This document shows positions 39,400-52,030 of a stretch of DNA of 64,000 bases, piece by piece. Source of the DNA: Takakia lepidozioides (Eukaryota > Plantae > Bryophyta); NCBI GenBank assembly GCA_030704615.1, contig CM060733.1, forward strand, positions 16,678,001 through 16,742,000, written 5' to 3'. The notes beneath the pieces are model-generated. The model was not told where the DNA came from. It worked only from the letters and a program-made list of their open reading frames with translations, and did not search any database. Numbering within the stretch: the stretch's first letter is position 1; each line of letters opens with the position of its first letter. A program made the translations under genes and the position numbers.

Positions 39400-41450
39400 A
39401 ATGCTTTGCTCACAAGGGTTCAGTAGGCTGACCCTGGGACCTACACGGACTACGCTAGTCATCCTCATCCTCATCCTCATCCTCAGAGGAGGACTCGGAG
39501 GTATCCGATGAGCCTGATGACTCCGCGCCCTTTGCCTGAGCATGTACAGCAAGCGTCGTTCCCCTAACTCCCACAGAGCCCTCATCCAATCCCTGGCCAT
39601 GACCCCCCCCCCACCCATACTAGTGCCCTATAGTGCACTCATCCCCTCCGTGTTGGCCATGTTCTTCATGAGGGCTTGCCAACCATGCTGCTTGGCGTAG
39701 TCGTACTCTATCGGAGATGGCTTCTTCTCAAACGTGGTTTCCTACACTTGCCACAAATTAAAGTCAGTTCCTCACGATGATGGAGCGAGAAAGAAGACAT
39801 AACAAAATACATAGGGAAGTATGACTTACAAATCGTAAGATAAAACCCCTCGATCCGCCGGGGCCCCACTTGTGCGTGGATTTGTGCTTCTGAAGGCGGA
39901 CTGTTGTTGCTTCGCGTGCCTTCTCAAATTTGGCCTTGGGTGTCGCATCCTTCTCTCCCGCAATAAGCGCATCCCACAATACCTATGCGCCCCCCCCCTC
40001 CCCCCACAATTAGCAAATTACACACATACGTTGCATCGAATCCACCTCATTAATGCACATGCAACAAATGGAAGGTGAAATGATTCAAGGATTCGCCAAC
40101 CTGTGAAACTCCAAAAGGTGGTTTGGGTTGGACCCCTCCACTTTGTCTGCCTGCTTTCTGTTGCAAGCACACCAGGGTCTTTACCTCTGTCCACGAAGAT
40201 GGTCGACCATCACTCCAATTGCCCGGAAACCGGCTGTCTAACTCACGGGCATACGCCCGCTTTTGGCCATAGTGCTGATCTGCCCACTCGATGTGCAGAG
40301 GGAACCACAACGATGCGAGTTTGAAGGTTGGCTTCTTCATAGCCGCCCAAAACGCACTGCGGGGGTCACCATGCTTATTGACCTCCACCGGTGGCACAAC
40401 AATCTTTGCCAACTCCACGTCCTCTATCCCCCGGAATTTCTTCTTCTTCGTCCCACCCTCTCCCTTCTTTGTAACCTCCTTCCCCTCCACCTTTGTTACC
40501 CCACTGGCCTCCCCCGCATGCACAATCACCACTTCATCTTCATGGGACCTCTTCTTCTTCTTCTTCTTTTCCTTCCCCTTCTCCGTCACTATGTCTTTCC
40601 CCTTCCCTGTTGCTTCCACTCTTTCCTCTCTCTCCCTTCTCTCTCTCTCCTCGGTAGCCCCTTCATTGATGGTATAAGGGACCTCGCGAGGTCGAGGCCT
40701 CTTCTTCTTACCTTTGGTGTTTGGGTCCTTCATGAACACCACGTGCCCTCCATCATTAGCAACCCCACCGGACTGCACCAATGTGGCCAAGAATGTTGCT
40801 GCCTCCTGAAGACGAATAACCCCCCAAATTCAAAAAAGAAACAAACAACAAAGAAAATCATGCATGCAAAGGAAAGGACAAAACATGGAACAAGGTGCGA
40901 TAGTTGTACCTTTGCAAGCTTGGCCGACTCGGCCCCGGTGTCACCCGATGTGGCAGGAGTCCCCGCTGTCGGAAGTCCCCGTACTATCTCCTCCCGGAGC
41001 GCCGCTGGAAGTAAATTCAAGACAACCATGGCCCCCCGCGGCGGCCCGTAGTCCAGGCCCTTCTTTGCTGACTGCTCAGGCTGAGGGGGCGGCGTTGCTG
41101 CTCGGCTGGCCTCTCCACCGGCCCGTACCTCCTCCCCCCCCCCAAATGCTCCGCAGGGTAGAAGCCCTCACCCGGCTTGACTAATTCGAGGCGCTTTTTT
41201 ATGTCGGCCAACTCATTAATGCCAATATTGGCCTTCCTCGTCTCCTCCTCCCTCATCCTCAACACTTCCCAAGGCCCTTCAACCTGACCTTGGGCCTTGG
41301 CAAGTGTGGGGGGGATGCTAGAGTGTGAGCCTAGTCACGTGAGCCCAAGAGCCTGTGAGCCCAGGACACGTGGCATGATTTTGGGAAAGATGCGGCGTCT
41401 GTTTCTGTGGAAGAGGATCCATTACCGCAGAAACACGTCTTCATCCATAT
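39400..41450 (-). mobile_element. Second CACTA TnpA-like spliced pseudogene
   Basis: Charged N-terminal region; VEVNKHGDP..FW..; EWADQ; WDALI..KFEKAREA..STHKWGPGG (Transposase_24-like); C-terminal exon at 39382-39740. GT-AG introns. Confidence 0.5.
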
Positions 41451-41899
41451 TAACCCTGCAACCCCAAACACAAACCCCAACCCTTGTCAGCCTTAGGGAC
41501 CCACCTCAACCCCGACAGTGAACCTCGCCATCCCGCCCCTGTGCATGATACTGCACACTGACATCATCCATGGGACCATCCATGCATGCAACATTCATCC
41601 ACAGTGTACATCCAATCGGGCTTCATCCATCCAAAAACATTCATCCTCCTCCATCCAACCAAATAGTGGTGTGATGGCATATGTCGAATGACTGTCTACT
41701 GGACTATGCACATATTCATCTCTGTTGAAAAACTTTTATTGAATGCACACGGTTGAATTGGGGAGCAATGTTTAGAAGAAAAACACTTTAAAATTCGCAA
41801 GACGCAATGGAGAGAATGTTTCAATTCAGGGATGTGAATTTCATTGTAGTCCGTGCTCATTACAACGGATGGTGGGAAGAGAAATGGTGGTGCAACGGA

Positions 41900-44800
41900 A
41901 AACGGAGAGTGTGTCCCCTCATGTTCCATAAATGAATGCCCTCAAGTACATCCGTAGGTGGTGTCAACACGACTACTGCTACCACCTGAATCTGCTGAAC
42001 TGCTAGAAGTACTGCTACCACCTGAAACTGCTGCACTATCATCTATGAAGACCTTTGCGCGGAGGTGCCTGAGCGTCTTCCTGGAACTGCAATTTGAAGT
42101 AGGCTAGTGCTCACCTTCACCCGTCCGCAGCCCGACATCCTTAGGCACCAGCCATAACTGAGTGCGCTGAAGCACTCAATTCAGGCAGTGCGAACAACAT
42201 GACTTCATAATAGGGTGTACAGTGGAACTTCAACAGAGAAGGCATAAAAATAAAGTATTTGAAACCTACCTTCTGCCTTGGGCAATCCCCCTTCGTCAGA
42301 TATAGGCTGTTGACACAGTTCCAGGTCTTGATAATCCGCATCCCCGAGGCTTTCAAGTAGCTTGCTAGCTCCCGGCGACATCTCATCGTGACGGATTGTA
42401 TGATAACAAGAACCCCCGCATCGGAAAGGAAAAACTTGCAAAAAAAACACCCAACTCCAATACCTCTCGTCAAATTTGTTCCAGGTTGGGCAGGTGTCAC
42501 TGGGCAGAATATCCGGGACTGGATGCCCATCCGGAATGTCCACAATAACCATCTCCGAAGCAAACGGTTTCTGTGCACCATTCACCCAAGATTCCTTCCC
42601 CCTCCATGCCTGCAAGCAATATAGCGTGTAAGAAGGGGAGGATGTTTTATAAGCAACATGTCTGGTCCAAGTAAAAATAAAACAAAGAAAACAAAACTCA
42701 AACACATGCATGATAATTGCTTACCGATTGGAGAAAAGCACATAGCTTGTCCCACGTTTTGGAAGGATCACCACTGTAACTTGACTTCCGTGTCTCCATC
42801 ATGGCCAGGAACCCGTCGTTTACCAGCTCGCACATGCCCGGAAAAACGATTCTGGATGGGTGCTCCATTGCATCGTAGGGCTCTTTTAGACCCTTCTTCT
42901 TTCGGTCGGGCTTTTTGGCTAGGGGTGGGGTCTGCACTGGTTCCGGTTGCACCGCGGACTCCTTCTCATTCTCATTCGGATTGTTTTTCTGCTTCTTTAC
43001 CTTCCCTTTCCCCTTGTCCTTTCTAGGCTTCACTGGCGTATTCTGTGCAAGAGGCTCTTTCTCAGCCAATATCCTCAAGTTTCTCTTCTGCAACTCCTTC
43101 TCCGTCAGAGGGGCCAAGGCCTCTGCATTCTCGTTTTGATTTCGGGTCACAAGCTTAGACCAAGGGCATCCAGAGCGTGGGATATCCATATACCAGCAGC
43201 AGTCTCGAAGATGTGAAGTCCCGTAATCCTTCAAATCCCTGCAGTGTACATTGTCTGAGCGTTGGATGGGTCACACCATAGGTCAATAAAGTGCAGGTGT
43301 CGACTCAGGTTCTTGCCTGGAATGAGAACATGTGTACCTACACAATCAAAATAGAGGGAATGTTAGTAAGTGGGGAAAGCGTGAGAAAACAGTTTAAGGA
43401 CCCCTTGACTGTGTGCGCTAGCGCACTCAATTTTGGGTCTGTCCACCCAAGCCCTACTTAGAAGCCAGGGCAGGTGTGATTCAGTAGAGGATCGGATGTT
43501 CGTATGTAGAATGAAAGGTTGGGAAACACAGAAGTGCCCACCCCTTTATTAAGTGCGTCAGCACACACAATTTTGGGACTGTTTATTCAATAGAGCAGGG
43601 TTGCAACGACAGCGAAACTTCGTGAGACAGGAATGAAGGGTGGAAAAAGAGTGTCAAGACGAATCTGTATAGAACCCTCTTCATGGCCTATTCTGATCCA
43701 TGCTGCTGCTCGAAGTCATTAGTGCGCGAGATACCTCCCTCTTTGGCAAACTCCCTGAAGAAGCAAGCGCCGAAGCAAACTGCTTTCCACTGGCGGACAT
43801 AGTCTTCTAGATTATCCGTCGGTGGAGTCATAGTTATCTTGTAATCCTTCAGCTACTTCTCCAGCACCAGCTGTGCCCGAGCCTCTATCTGCGCAAGAAC
43901 AGTTTTACAATTCAGAGAACAGATTTTTAAGAACAGTAAGTGACTTTTACCGGTGCAATGCAGTTTTGCAGTGGAAATGGAACGGCGAGAGGAAAAAACC
44001 TGTGCCCAAGTACGTGGCTTTGTGTAGCCACATATCGAGAACATGGTCATTGAATTGCTTTATGACTCCTGTTTCCTTGTTCTTCTCACTCTTCGGAAAG
44101 CAGTGGTTATCTTTCACTGTCGGGTCAGCGTTCCAAATCTCAAGCCATTTCACTTTCACCTCTGGCTCCACTACGGCAGTGGACAGGCGATGAAGCTTCT
44201 CCTGCATCATTTCGGGCTTGGTGTTCATGTTCCAATGGATCCTGACCTGATTCAAGAATTCTGGTCCAAAAGCAAGGTCGGCTATTCTGAGTTGTTTTAC
44301 GAACGCGCTCATGTAGTGCCTCTTCGCCACCTCCATCTCCTTGTTCATAGATTCTTCCACTCCTTTTGAGGATCGCTCCCCTGGGTCTTTTTTGGCATAG
44401 TACTCTACTTTCCCTTTCTCTCCAGCCTCCGCAATCTCTTGCTGAACATTCCAGTATACAACGTATTAGTCAACTGGTTTTTTGAATGAACAAGTAGACA
44501 GAGCTAGGGAAGGAATACTTACAGCGTACATGTAGTCACATAAAGCCTCCCTGGTCAGCTTGTACCATGTGTCGGCGGAATACCGAATATCCTGAATAGA
44601 ATGTGGACCAAATTCATCGTCATGTATGCACTTTCGGTTCCCCTGCAGTCCCACACAAATACTATGACTTCCTCCTTCAGCAGGAAATACAAAACAGACA
44701 GAACAAATCAGAGAGTTCTGATGGCATGAAGGGTGAGCATTATACTTACTTGTTGATGTCATGCATAGCCGTCAGAAGTGTTGTGACGTTTCCTTTCGGA

Positions 44801-46322
44801 TCCAGCACCATGGACGCCACAAGGTAGTGCCAGTCCTCGTCTGTGCTGTGATATTTGTTTATGACATTCATCTAGGCCATGAAGCGGTGATTGCCATCCC
44901 AGATATGAAACATTTTCCCGGAGAACACCTGTGTAGACAGTCTCCTCGAAATCTGGGCTTCGAACTCCTCGTTTACTTCTCGCCATATTGGATCCCAGCT
45001 TTTCACAATTGACTCGTCCACCAAGACCTCCTTTCCACTGGCATCGCATAAGGACACGTAAAACACGGGAGACCCCTCTATGTATCCATGACTAAAATCT
45101 TGCTCCAACTTGGACACATCCCCGGTCAGGGCAGGTCGAATGATTGGCATTGATATTAGGTGGCAGAGAGGGATCATAATCTTGCCTCCAGGTACCTGCA
45201 TAGACTTGATCACCTGCGCGGAATTGACCTTCTGGTACACGAGGACCTTTGCCGCTCACTCTTCGTAGAAAAGATCGTCTTCTTCAACAGGCTTCTCAGT
45301 CACTACCTCCTACTGCTGCTGCTGCTTCTCAGGCTGCAATCCTTTTCTTTTCCTCCCCTGCACCTCCCACAATTACAGCCTTTCCGTCATTCCACAGCTA
45401 CATTTTCCTCAGAACTAAGTGCGCCACTACACTCAGTTTCAAGGTTATCGTTTCTGTCTATCTGAAAACTCAAAAGAGATCTCACTTTGAATAAAACACA
45501 CTTTCTAACTATCGTTTCACCTCTCTCATAAGCAAACTGACCATTCTATGGTGCTCCGAAACTGAGTGCGGTGGCGCACTCAGTTCTGGGAGCCCTCCAT
45601 TCTGTCTGCCTACTTTCTGTTTTGAGTTCATTGGGTCTTCACGTCTGTCCAAAAAGATTGTTGACCACACACCTCAAAACTGTGTGCGCCACCGCACTCA
45701 GTTTCCAGGTTAGACTTAATGTGATTCTCAGAACTCATAAGAGATCTCACTATGGAATAAACACACTTTCTATCTATCGTTCACCTCAGTCAATAGCAAC
45801 TCAATGATTCCATGGTGCTCAGAAATTGAGTGCGGTGGCGCACTCAGTTCTGGGGGACCACTCCACTGTCTCTCGGACCTAAACTGTGAACATCACCTTC
45901 CCTAATGCCCAAGCAATTGCCTAGCATCCATTAGAAATGAGTGCGCCACCGCACTCAGTTTCCCCATGTCCCTCTCAAGCTTCCATTGCAGATCCTGCTG
46001 CCTCTAAGACTTGCGTATTCACCTCGGCCCACAATGGAAGTGATAGAGCTCCCCTCAAAACTGAGAGGGGATCTCTCGTATCCTGTCTATGCACTTGGTA
46101 CGACAGTCAAGCGAGATTCATGCACATTGGGAGAAGGATCACCTTGGGTTTCATGACACCACTTCCCAATGCCTCTTCTTGCTGCGTCCTCACCGCCTCC
46201 TTTGGTGTCGCTTCTTTCTCACCGACGGTGGTGTCGATGTCCATGTCATGCACATTGGTCTCCGGGGCAGTCTCCTCCCCTTCCCTTCTTCCCTCCATTT
46301 GAGGCTGGACCTCCTCTGTCAT
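41900..46322 (-). pseudogene. Multi-exon gene: acidic N-terminus, ParB/Sulfiredoxin-like domain, and putative DNA-methylase-like C-terminal domain
   Basis: PLCHLISMPIIRP..DVSKLEQDFSHGY..FYV...KMFHIWDGNHRFMA (DGNHR at 44884-44898). Downstream exons joined by GT-AG introns. C-terminal EMVIVDIPDG (42526-42555)..PTWN..FLSDAGVLVII. Several stops and frameshifts. Confidence 0.6.
45413..45960. repeat. Five 26-bp palindromes AACTGAGTGCG-N4-CGCACTCAGTT within a ~265-bp duplicated unit
   Basis: Copies at 45413, 45560, 45678, 45824 and 45935 with alternating CCAC/GTGG spacers. Further copies at 42156, 43407 and 43547. Confidence 0.92.
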
Positions 46323-47464
46323 CTGTTGTGATTCTTGGGTGGACGTATCCTATGCAACCTGCTCATCAGCATTTTGCAGATTGTGCAACTTTCTCATTCT
46401 AACTCGTGCGTTTTTCCTCTCTCTCGCACTCGTGAAGTAAAGGGACCGCCTTCTACGTCTTCTTCCTATGTCTTCTCTCTCACTCCCGCAGCTCTCCAGC
46501 TTGACTAACAACAATAGAGAAAATAAGGAACCCTCTCAAGCCGTAAGTTATGCATGTGGTTAAAGACGTGCGTGTCTGCCTTCTAACCACCCAAATGGAT
46601 CGCTCTCACTGGCTGCGGTTTATTGGGCGCCCCTATTGCCATCAATAAGGCCGTTTTCTTCAAATGTGGATGTTTGGTGATTTGGATGAAATATTGCGCA
46701 CATGAGACATGTCATCGCCCTATCATACACGGATTTTGCCTTCTTCGAAAAGAAAACATACATAACGTCAAGAACGCCATGTCCGCGTTCATCCGGCGTC
46801 GGATATTTCCCGGGTTCGGCACTCAATGCACTGTCCGGGTTCACGTTGTGGAACACCGTAAAACGCACATTGGATTGCCATATCCAAGACGGTGTGACAA
46901 AATAAACAGTTTTGTTCCCTTCTCCATCAATTTGGCAACTGCCCAACTGTTTTGGCGGTGTGGTTCAATACCCTTGACCGTTATTGGTTGATGTGTGGGG
47001 CCAATTGTACAACTGCCTCATGCCTTAGCAAACACTTTTGGGATGTGGCAATCGCCTCCGGAAGGTTTTTACCTGTCCATGTCGCACAGTTGTATTGGTA
47101 CTCACCATCGTATCTTCACCACATAGCTTCTCCTAATGACGTGGCCTTCGCCGAGTTTCAGTATACTGAAGAACCTTGCCCTTTTAGTGCCGCGGTTGAA
47201 GATGATGGTTTTGTTGTGGTGGAGGAGCATGTTCTAGCAGCAAGTTCAAGCTTGACATTGACTGTGTTTCTGTCGAGAAAGAGATTTATGACTTGGAGGG
47301 AAACGTTCAAAGAACGTTGTTCCAGAAACCGCATGTTGCACAGAAACACAAGGAATGGAGAGTTCTTCCTGGAAAATATCGTGTGTTCCGAAGTGTAAGG
47401 AGACAATCCGGTGGCTCCATAGTGACTCCTGGGACAGTCCTCTGTCGTTCAAGGAAAGCGGCAT

Positions 47465-48867
47465 GTGACTGTGAAGCAGGAGGACACCACTTCAACAACT
47501 TTTGTCACACTGTCGGATTCCTCGGATGATGAATTCGCGGAAATATTGGCTCCCATGAACCGTCTTCCTGAAGGAGACGTCGATGTTCAGGAAATTGTTA
47601 GCGTCATCCCACATCTTAAAGCATTGTTAGAAAAACTAGGATCCAAAAACGAGATCTCAGGGATACTGTGGGATTCATTCGCAACAAAAAGGGTTCCATT
47701 CCTTCCACCTTCCTTCGACGGTGACATCCTCTTTGAACTGAATCCACCAACTTGTGCTGGGGGTCTCGCAGGTCTCTTGCAAGGAATGGATAAAAAGCAT
47801 GATGGCCATCCATGGTGCAGAACCAAAACGTCCAATACCCACAACAATGTAAACTTGAAATTCAGAAGGAGCGTTTGTGTGGGGCATCTGAGATGTGTGA
47901 ATGGAAGTTGCCTGCGTTTCACGAAGAGCGGTGCTAAAAATGAGAGTGAGTGGGAAGGACTTTTCGACAATCCTTTTATCCCAGGTTGTGCCCCACCGTC
48001 TACCAGTACATTTGTTTGTAAGTTCTACAAGGTGGCCCCCTCCTGCATTGCACATTGCCCTGCTCACATGTACTACGTTACTTACCGTTGCAAAACCATG
48101 ACTCAAGCCTACATTCATTTTGGGACTCACGACCATCCAAGTGTCTCACGGCGATTGTAGAGATAGTGTGGAGTTGGCGCTTGGGCTTGTCGTGGAGGAG
48201 TTTGCAAAGTCCCCTTCAGCCAAACCATCTGCCATAGCGCTGGCTGCCAGGAAAAGTTTCCTGGAGAGGCACATTCTGGGGCAAGGAAGCGAATCCAGCT
48301 CAAGACTTGAGGGGGCGTCTTTGGATGCAGTGATGGATCACTTCTCCGTGTTGAGCTCCCCCAATATTAGGAATCAGGTGAATGCATTGAGAGTGCGCGG
48401 TGGAAACACAGGGTCCATCGACAGCATTATGGAGCTCAAGCGAATAAGTCAATATGACTTTATCCAATCTAGCGTCTTCCCGGGTCAGGGGTCTTCAAAG
48501 GTTTACTTGTTCAAGATGTCTATGGTAGGCGAGGGCAGTGGCGACAGCCTGGCCAGACGTATGCAACCAAGGGGGGATATGGAGAAAGCCTGGATGATGT
48601 TCGATCATTGCAAACGAGTGAAGGGTTGGACAACCATGTCTTGCCATGTTTACGACCCGAACTACCAAAGAATAATGACAATTGCCATCTGTGACATGCA
48701 GTCTGAAGATACAGAGTCCCAGATGATAATGTGGAATTGTTTGCTTTCAGTCATGGAGTCCAATGGACATACAGGCATAAATTTCAATGGGTTTATGGCG
48801 GATAGTACACAGGCTACCTTCGGTTCTGGTGATCCAAAGGTACCCATGCCTAATAGGGAGCGCACAT
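47465..48867 (+). mobile_element. MULE-like transposase with N-terminal GCM-like Zn domain, frameshifted and 3'-truncated
   Basis: DGHPW..CVGHLRC..C..C..IHFGTHDHP, then WMMFDHCKRVKGWTTMSCHVYDP..TIAICDMQSE..W..FNGFMADSTQA (first two acidic residues of an RNaseH-fold DDE core). Confidence 0.62.
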
Positions 48868-49085
48868 GTTTCCCTTCTTTTTTCCTTCCCTGGATAATCT
48901 GGCTGAGTGTGAAGATATGATCCACGCAACCCCTGTTTCGCCGAAAGCCAGCTTGACCTTCATGGAATCAACCTCTGGACTCCAGATCAATCTCGAGATG
49001 AGTACTTATAACTCTGCAGAATAGCTTGCCAACTGCATTAAGTGCCCTGATAGTTACCCGGCTCTGCTCTGTCACCTTACTGATA
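48868..49085 (-). mobile_element. Short LINE RT fragment
   Basis: LNAVGKLFCRVI..HEGQAGFRRNRGCVDHIFTLSQIIQ. Confidence 0.8.
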
Positions 49086-49089
49086 TAAA

Positions 49090-49740
49090 TTGACAATGAT
49101 CCCCTGCCGCCAGCGAAAGGGGGTAAATTCAGTCCTCCATATAAGGTTAAAGAGAAGAACAAGGGCCTCAAGTCTCTCAAACAAAGCATCACTACCCTCG
49201 GGGTTGGGGACAGCTCAGAGTTGGGATGAAAATTTGTACAAAGCCTTACTGGCATATAGGGTGGGGGTAGGCAAGTACCAAGTTTTCCCGTATCAAGTAA
49301 TGACATGAAGGGTGCCAAGGCTTGGGATAGACAACCAACTTCAAGGGCTTCTGACCACCATAAACCTGGATGACACACTAGAGGGCATCACCAATATGAT
49401 TGAGGAAAAGATTAAGTTGCTTGCCCAGCTAAAGGGAGAGTTGCAGAAACATGTCAGGAAGAGCCAACGACAGCAGGCCAAGGACTAGGAGAAGCGACAC
49501 CAGGCTGGGCATGAATTCATTCGTCTGCAGGATAACACAAAGGTGATGATGCTCAAACGTAAGTGCTCTTCCATGGTGAGTCCACGGGAAGGTCCATATG
49601 AGTTTCTCGGATACAAGGATACTCGTACAAACAAAGGAGAGGCTGGTCGTAGGTGCAGACTGAAGGATGGGACAGGAAATGAGTGTCTTCTCAATAGGCA
49701 AGATCCGAAGGTGTTCATACAAACTCAGGATATTTGAGCA
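49090..49740 (+). mobile_element. Degenerate Gypsy-like integrase C-terminal fragment
   Basis: WDENLYKALLAYR..FPYQVM; PREGPYEF (GPY/F motif). G-rich tracts downstream. Confidence 0.45.
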
Positions 49741-49939
49741 GGAGAGTTGGTCAGAAGGGACTTTGACTCTTAAAAAATGAGACATAATCATATGTACAAT
49801 GGGCGAACGTAGAGATCCCAAAAGTGGTGGTGGGGGGGTTGGGGGGGAGGAAACAAGAAACAAGAGGAAGAAAACAAAGCTATAGTTCTCATCCCGAAAG
49901 GGTGGGGGGGGAAACACAACTATAGTAGGCTACTCAACC

Positions 49940-52030
49940 AGAACGACCCTCCCAGCCAACAGCCTAGAGGAGATCAGGCAAAGAGGCAGAAGCCATGAGG
50001 GCACGGACGTGAGCCATGGCAAACAAAGGTCCTCCTAAAGGGACGCATTGGCGGGTCCCAACCTCGGATTGAATGATGGAGCACTCACCCAAGTGAGAAT
50101 GATGACTGTAGTAGAGGGGAGTGGCGGATGCATAGAATAATCGAACAAACGGTATGAGCTGGTGGAAATCTCCCCCGGCTGAACGGAGCTCCTGAAATAT
50201 AGCCACCCGTGACACAGTGTTGAAAGCGTTGGTGACGTCGACCTGCAGAACCACCCAATCCGGATGAAGATCGAGAGCAGCACGAATCCCCTGAACCACC
50301 GCCTCGCAACCTCCTGGAGTGGCGACCCCGAACTGGTGAGGAAAGAGGTGGGCAGAGAATGCGTCTCAAAACTAAAAAGTGAGCGGCTGACAAGGCGGTA
50401 AAGAACCTCTCCGACTGCAATGGGGCGGATGCCAGGACCTGAGGGTTTGCTCATAGCCAACAATCTGGAGGCCCCAAGGAGACGGGCCACTTGGGCAGGG
50501 ATACGCCCGGTAGCAATAAAGAAGCAGACCTGAAACAGTTGAGAGAAGCCACTGGCAGAGTCCTGTGGAGAGAAATAGTCGCGTAAGTGCTTATACAGGA
50601 GACCGGAAGGACCTACCGCTGCAAGATGGGGATTGTGTGTAAAAGCCTAAGTGAAGACCTTTTGATCCTGGTCTGCCTCAAAATCCTCGACGATGAGCGG
50701 GAGGATATCTTGAGCTGATGGGTAAAGGGCTTCCAGGGCAGTGACAGTATCTGCTAATGGAAGCGCTGGTGTGAAAGGTGTCAAGGCCCTGGCTGCGCGC
50801 GAGTATTCGCCAACATGGCCTAACATGAGCTATGACGGAGTCACTTGTGGGCCGATGAGGGTGGCTGTGTGGAGGAAGCCGAAGGGATGCATGTCGCAAG
50901 AGCTAGTGCGTAATTGATGCTCATTTTGTAGGCTCTCCCAATCTCCAGATAAGAAACGGCGAAGACGGATGCGCATCTCTCTATGCCCTGACTGACTGCC
51001 GCGAGGGGGGCAAAACTAAACACCACTGAGGAAATAACAAGAAAAGATACTATGCTAGTATATCAGCAGGATCACGAGCCAGCCTGTCTCAGGGCAGACG
51101 GAGTGCCCGTTGGACCTCATGACGCAGGGCCACTGATATTCTTGTATAAAGACGAGGCCTTAGCAGTCCTAGCTCAAACGCGCCCAATACATCTAGAGCT
51201 GAAAGCAAATGCCATGCAGAGGCAGGAGGTGGTGCATGCAAGACACCGGGCTGAAATGGAGAAGTACCATTTGTGCCTGTCTGATGAAGAGCCCGCACAC
51301 GTGCGCTGATGTCGCACAAGCCCTCTGATGCGCGCAAAAAGGCGACCGCAAGCTGGGCACGGGGTACGGTCTGCAGGGATAGGCGCTTGCTGTTGTGGGA
51401 AGAGTGATGGGGTCGCCAATGTAGGCTGCACAACTGGAGAAGAAGACGAGTGAAGAGGCTCATGACCAAGAGAAGTAGGGACGCCTTGAAGCCGCTGCCG
51501 AGAATGGGATGGAGAACCTGGGGGAGAAGTAACTGGCGTGGGACCTCGGAACGTACCTGAGAGGCGTGGGAGAGGGCTCAATAGATGCGGTGGAAGTTCT
51601 TCGGTCAGTGGGGCGCCAATGGAAGAACCTCGAATCCGCAGTGGAGGAGACCGTTGTGAAGATGACGAATCTTCTTGAAATTGTCTGGAGCTTGGCATCT
51701 GGTGGTGCGTATCAGGAACATGAGATATGGGGGTAGGAGTACGTTGGCCATGGGGCCTTCGAGCAGGAGCAGTTGCAGCTGTGTCCAACGCCTCTCGTTG
51801 CTCTGGGGAGACAACTGACAGAGATGGTGGAGTAGGCAGTAGAGGGGTTGTGGGATTTGTTGTGTTGCTCGCAAAGGCTGGAGCTGGCTGTCTGTACGGC
51901 GTCGGGGCTGAACGAGTTGAGGGACGAGCCGATCGAGGCCGCCTGACTAGCGTGGGGCCCACTGTTGCACAACGCCCGCTTGCTCACTCACTCGCTTTGT
52001 GCTGCTACCGCTAGTGTCACTACTGCCAAC
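49940..52030 (-). mobile_element. CRE-like (early-branching, RLE-type) non-LTR retrotransposon, 3'-truncated pseudogene
   Basis: N-terminal Pro/Ser-rich region, Zn finger CPACGRLF..GLVRHQRTC, RT motifs ASRLLAMSKP..GIRPIAVGEVLYRLV, HQFGV, LQVDVTNAFNTVSR, GTRQ..PLGGPLF. Confidence 0.8.

Noticed and set aside
40263-41051. 262-aa plus-strand ORF (and similar overlapping ORFs such as 2894-3223 and 6087-6527)
   Set aside because: These are antisense shadows of purine-rich coding sequence or translations of simple repeats.
45413-45960. CRISPR-like array
   Set aside because: Eukaryotic context, spacers of 85-120 bp that are themselves duplicated, alternating orientation, and no cas genes.
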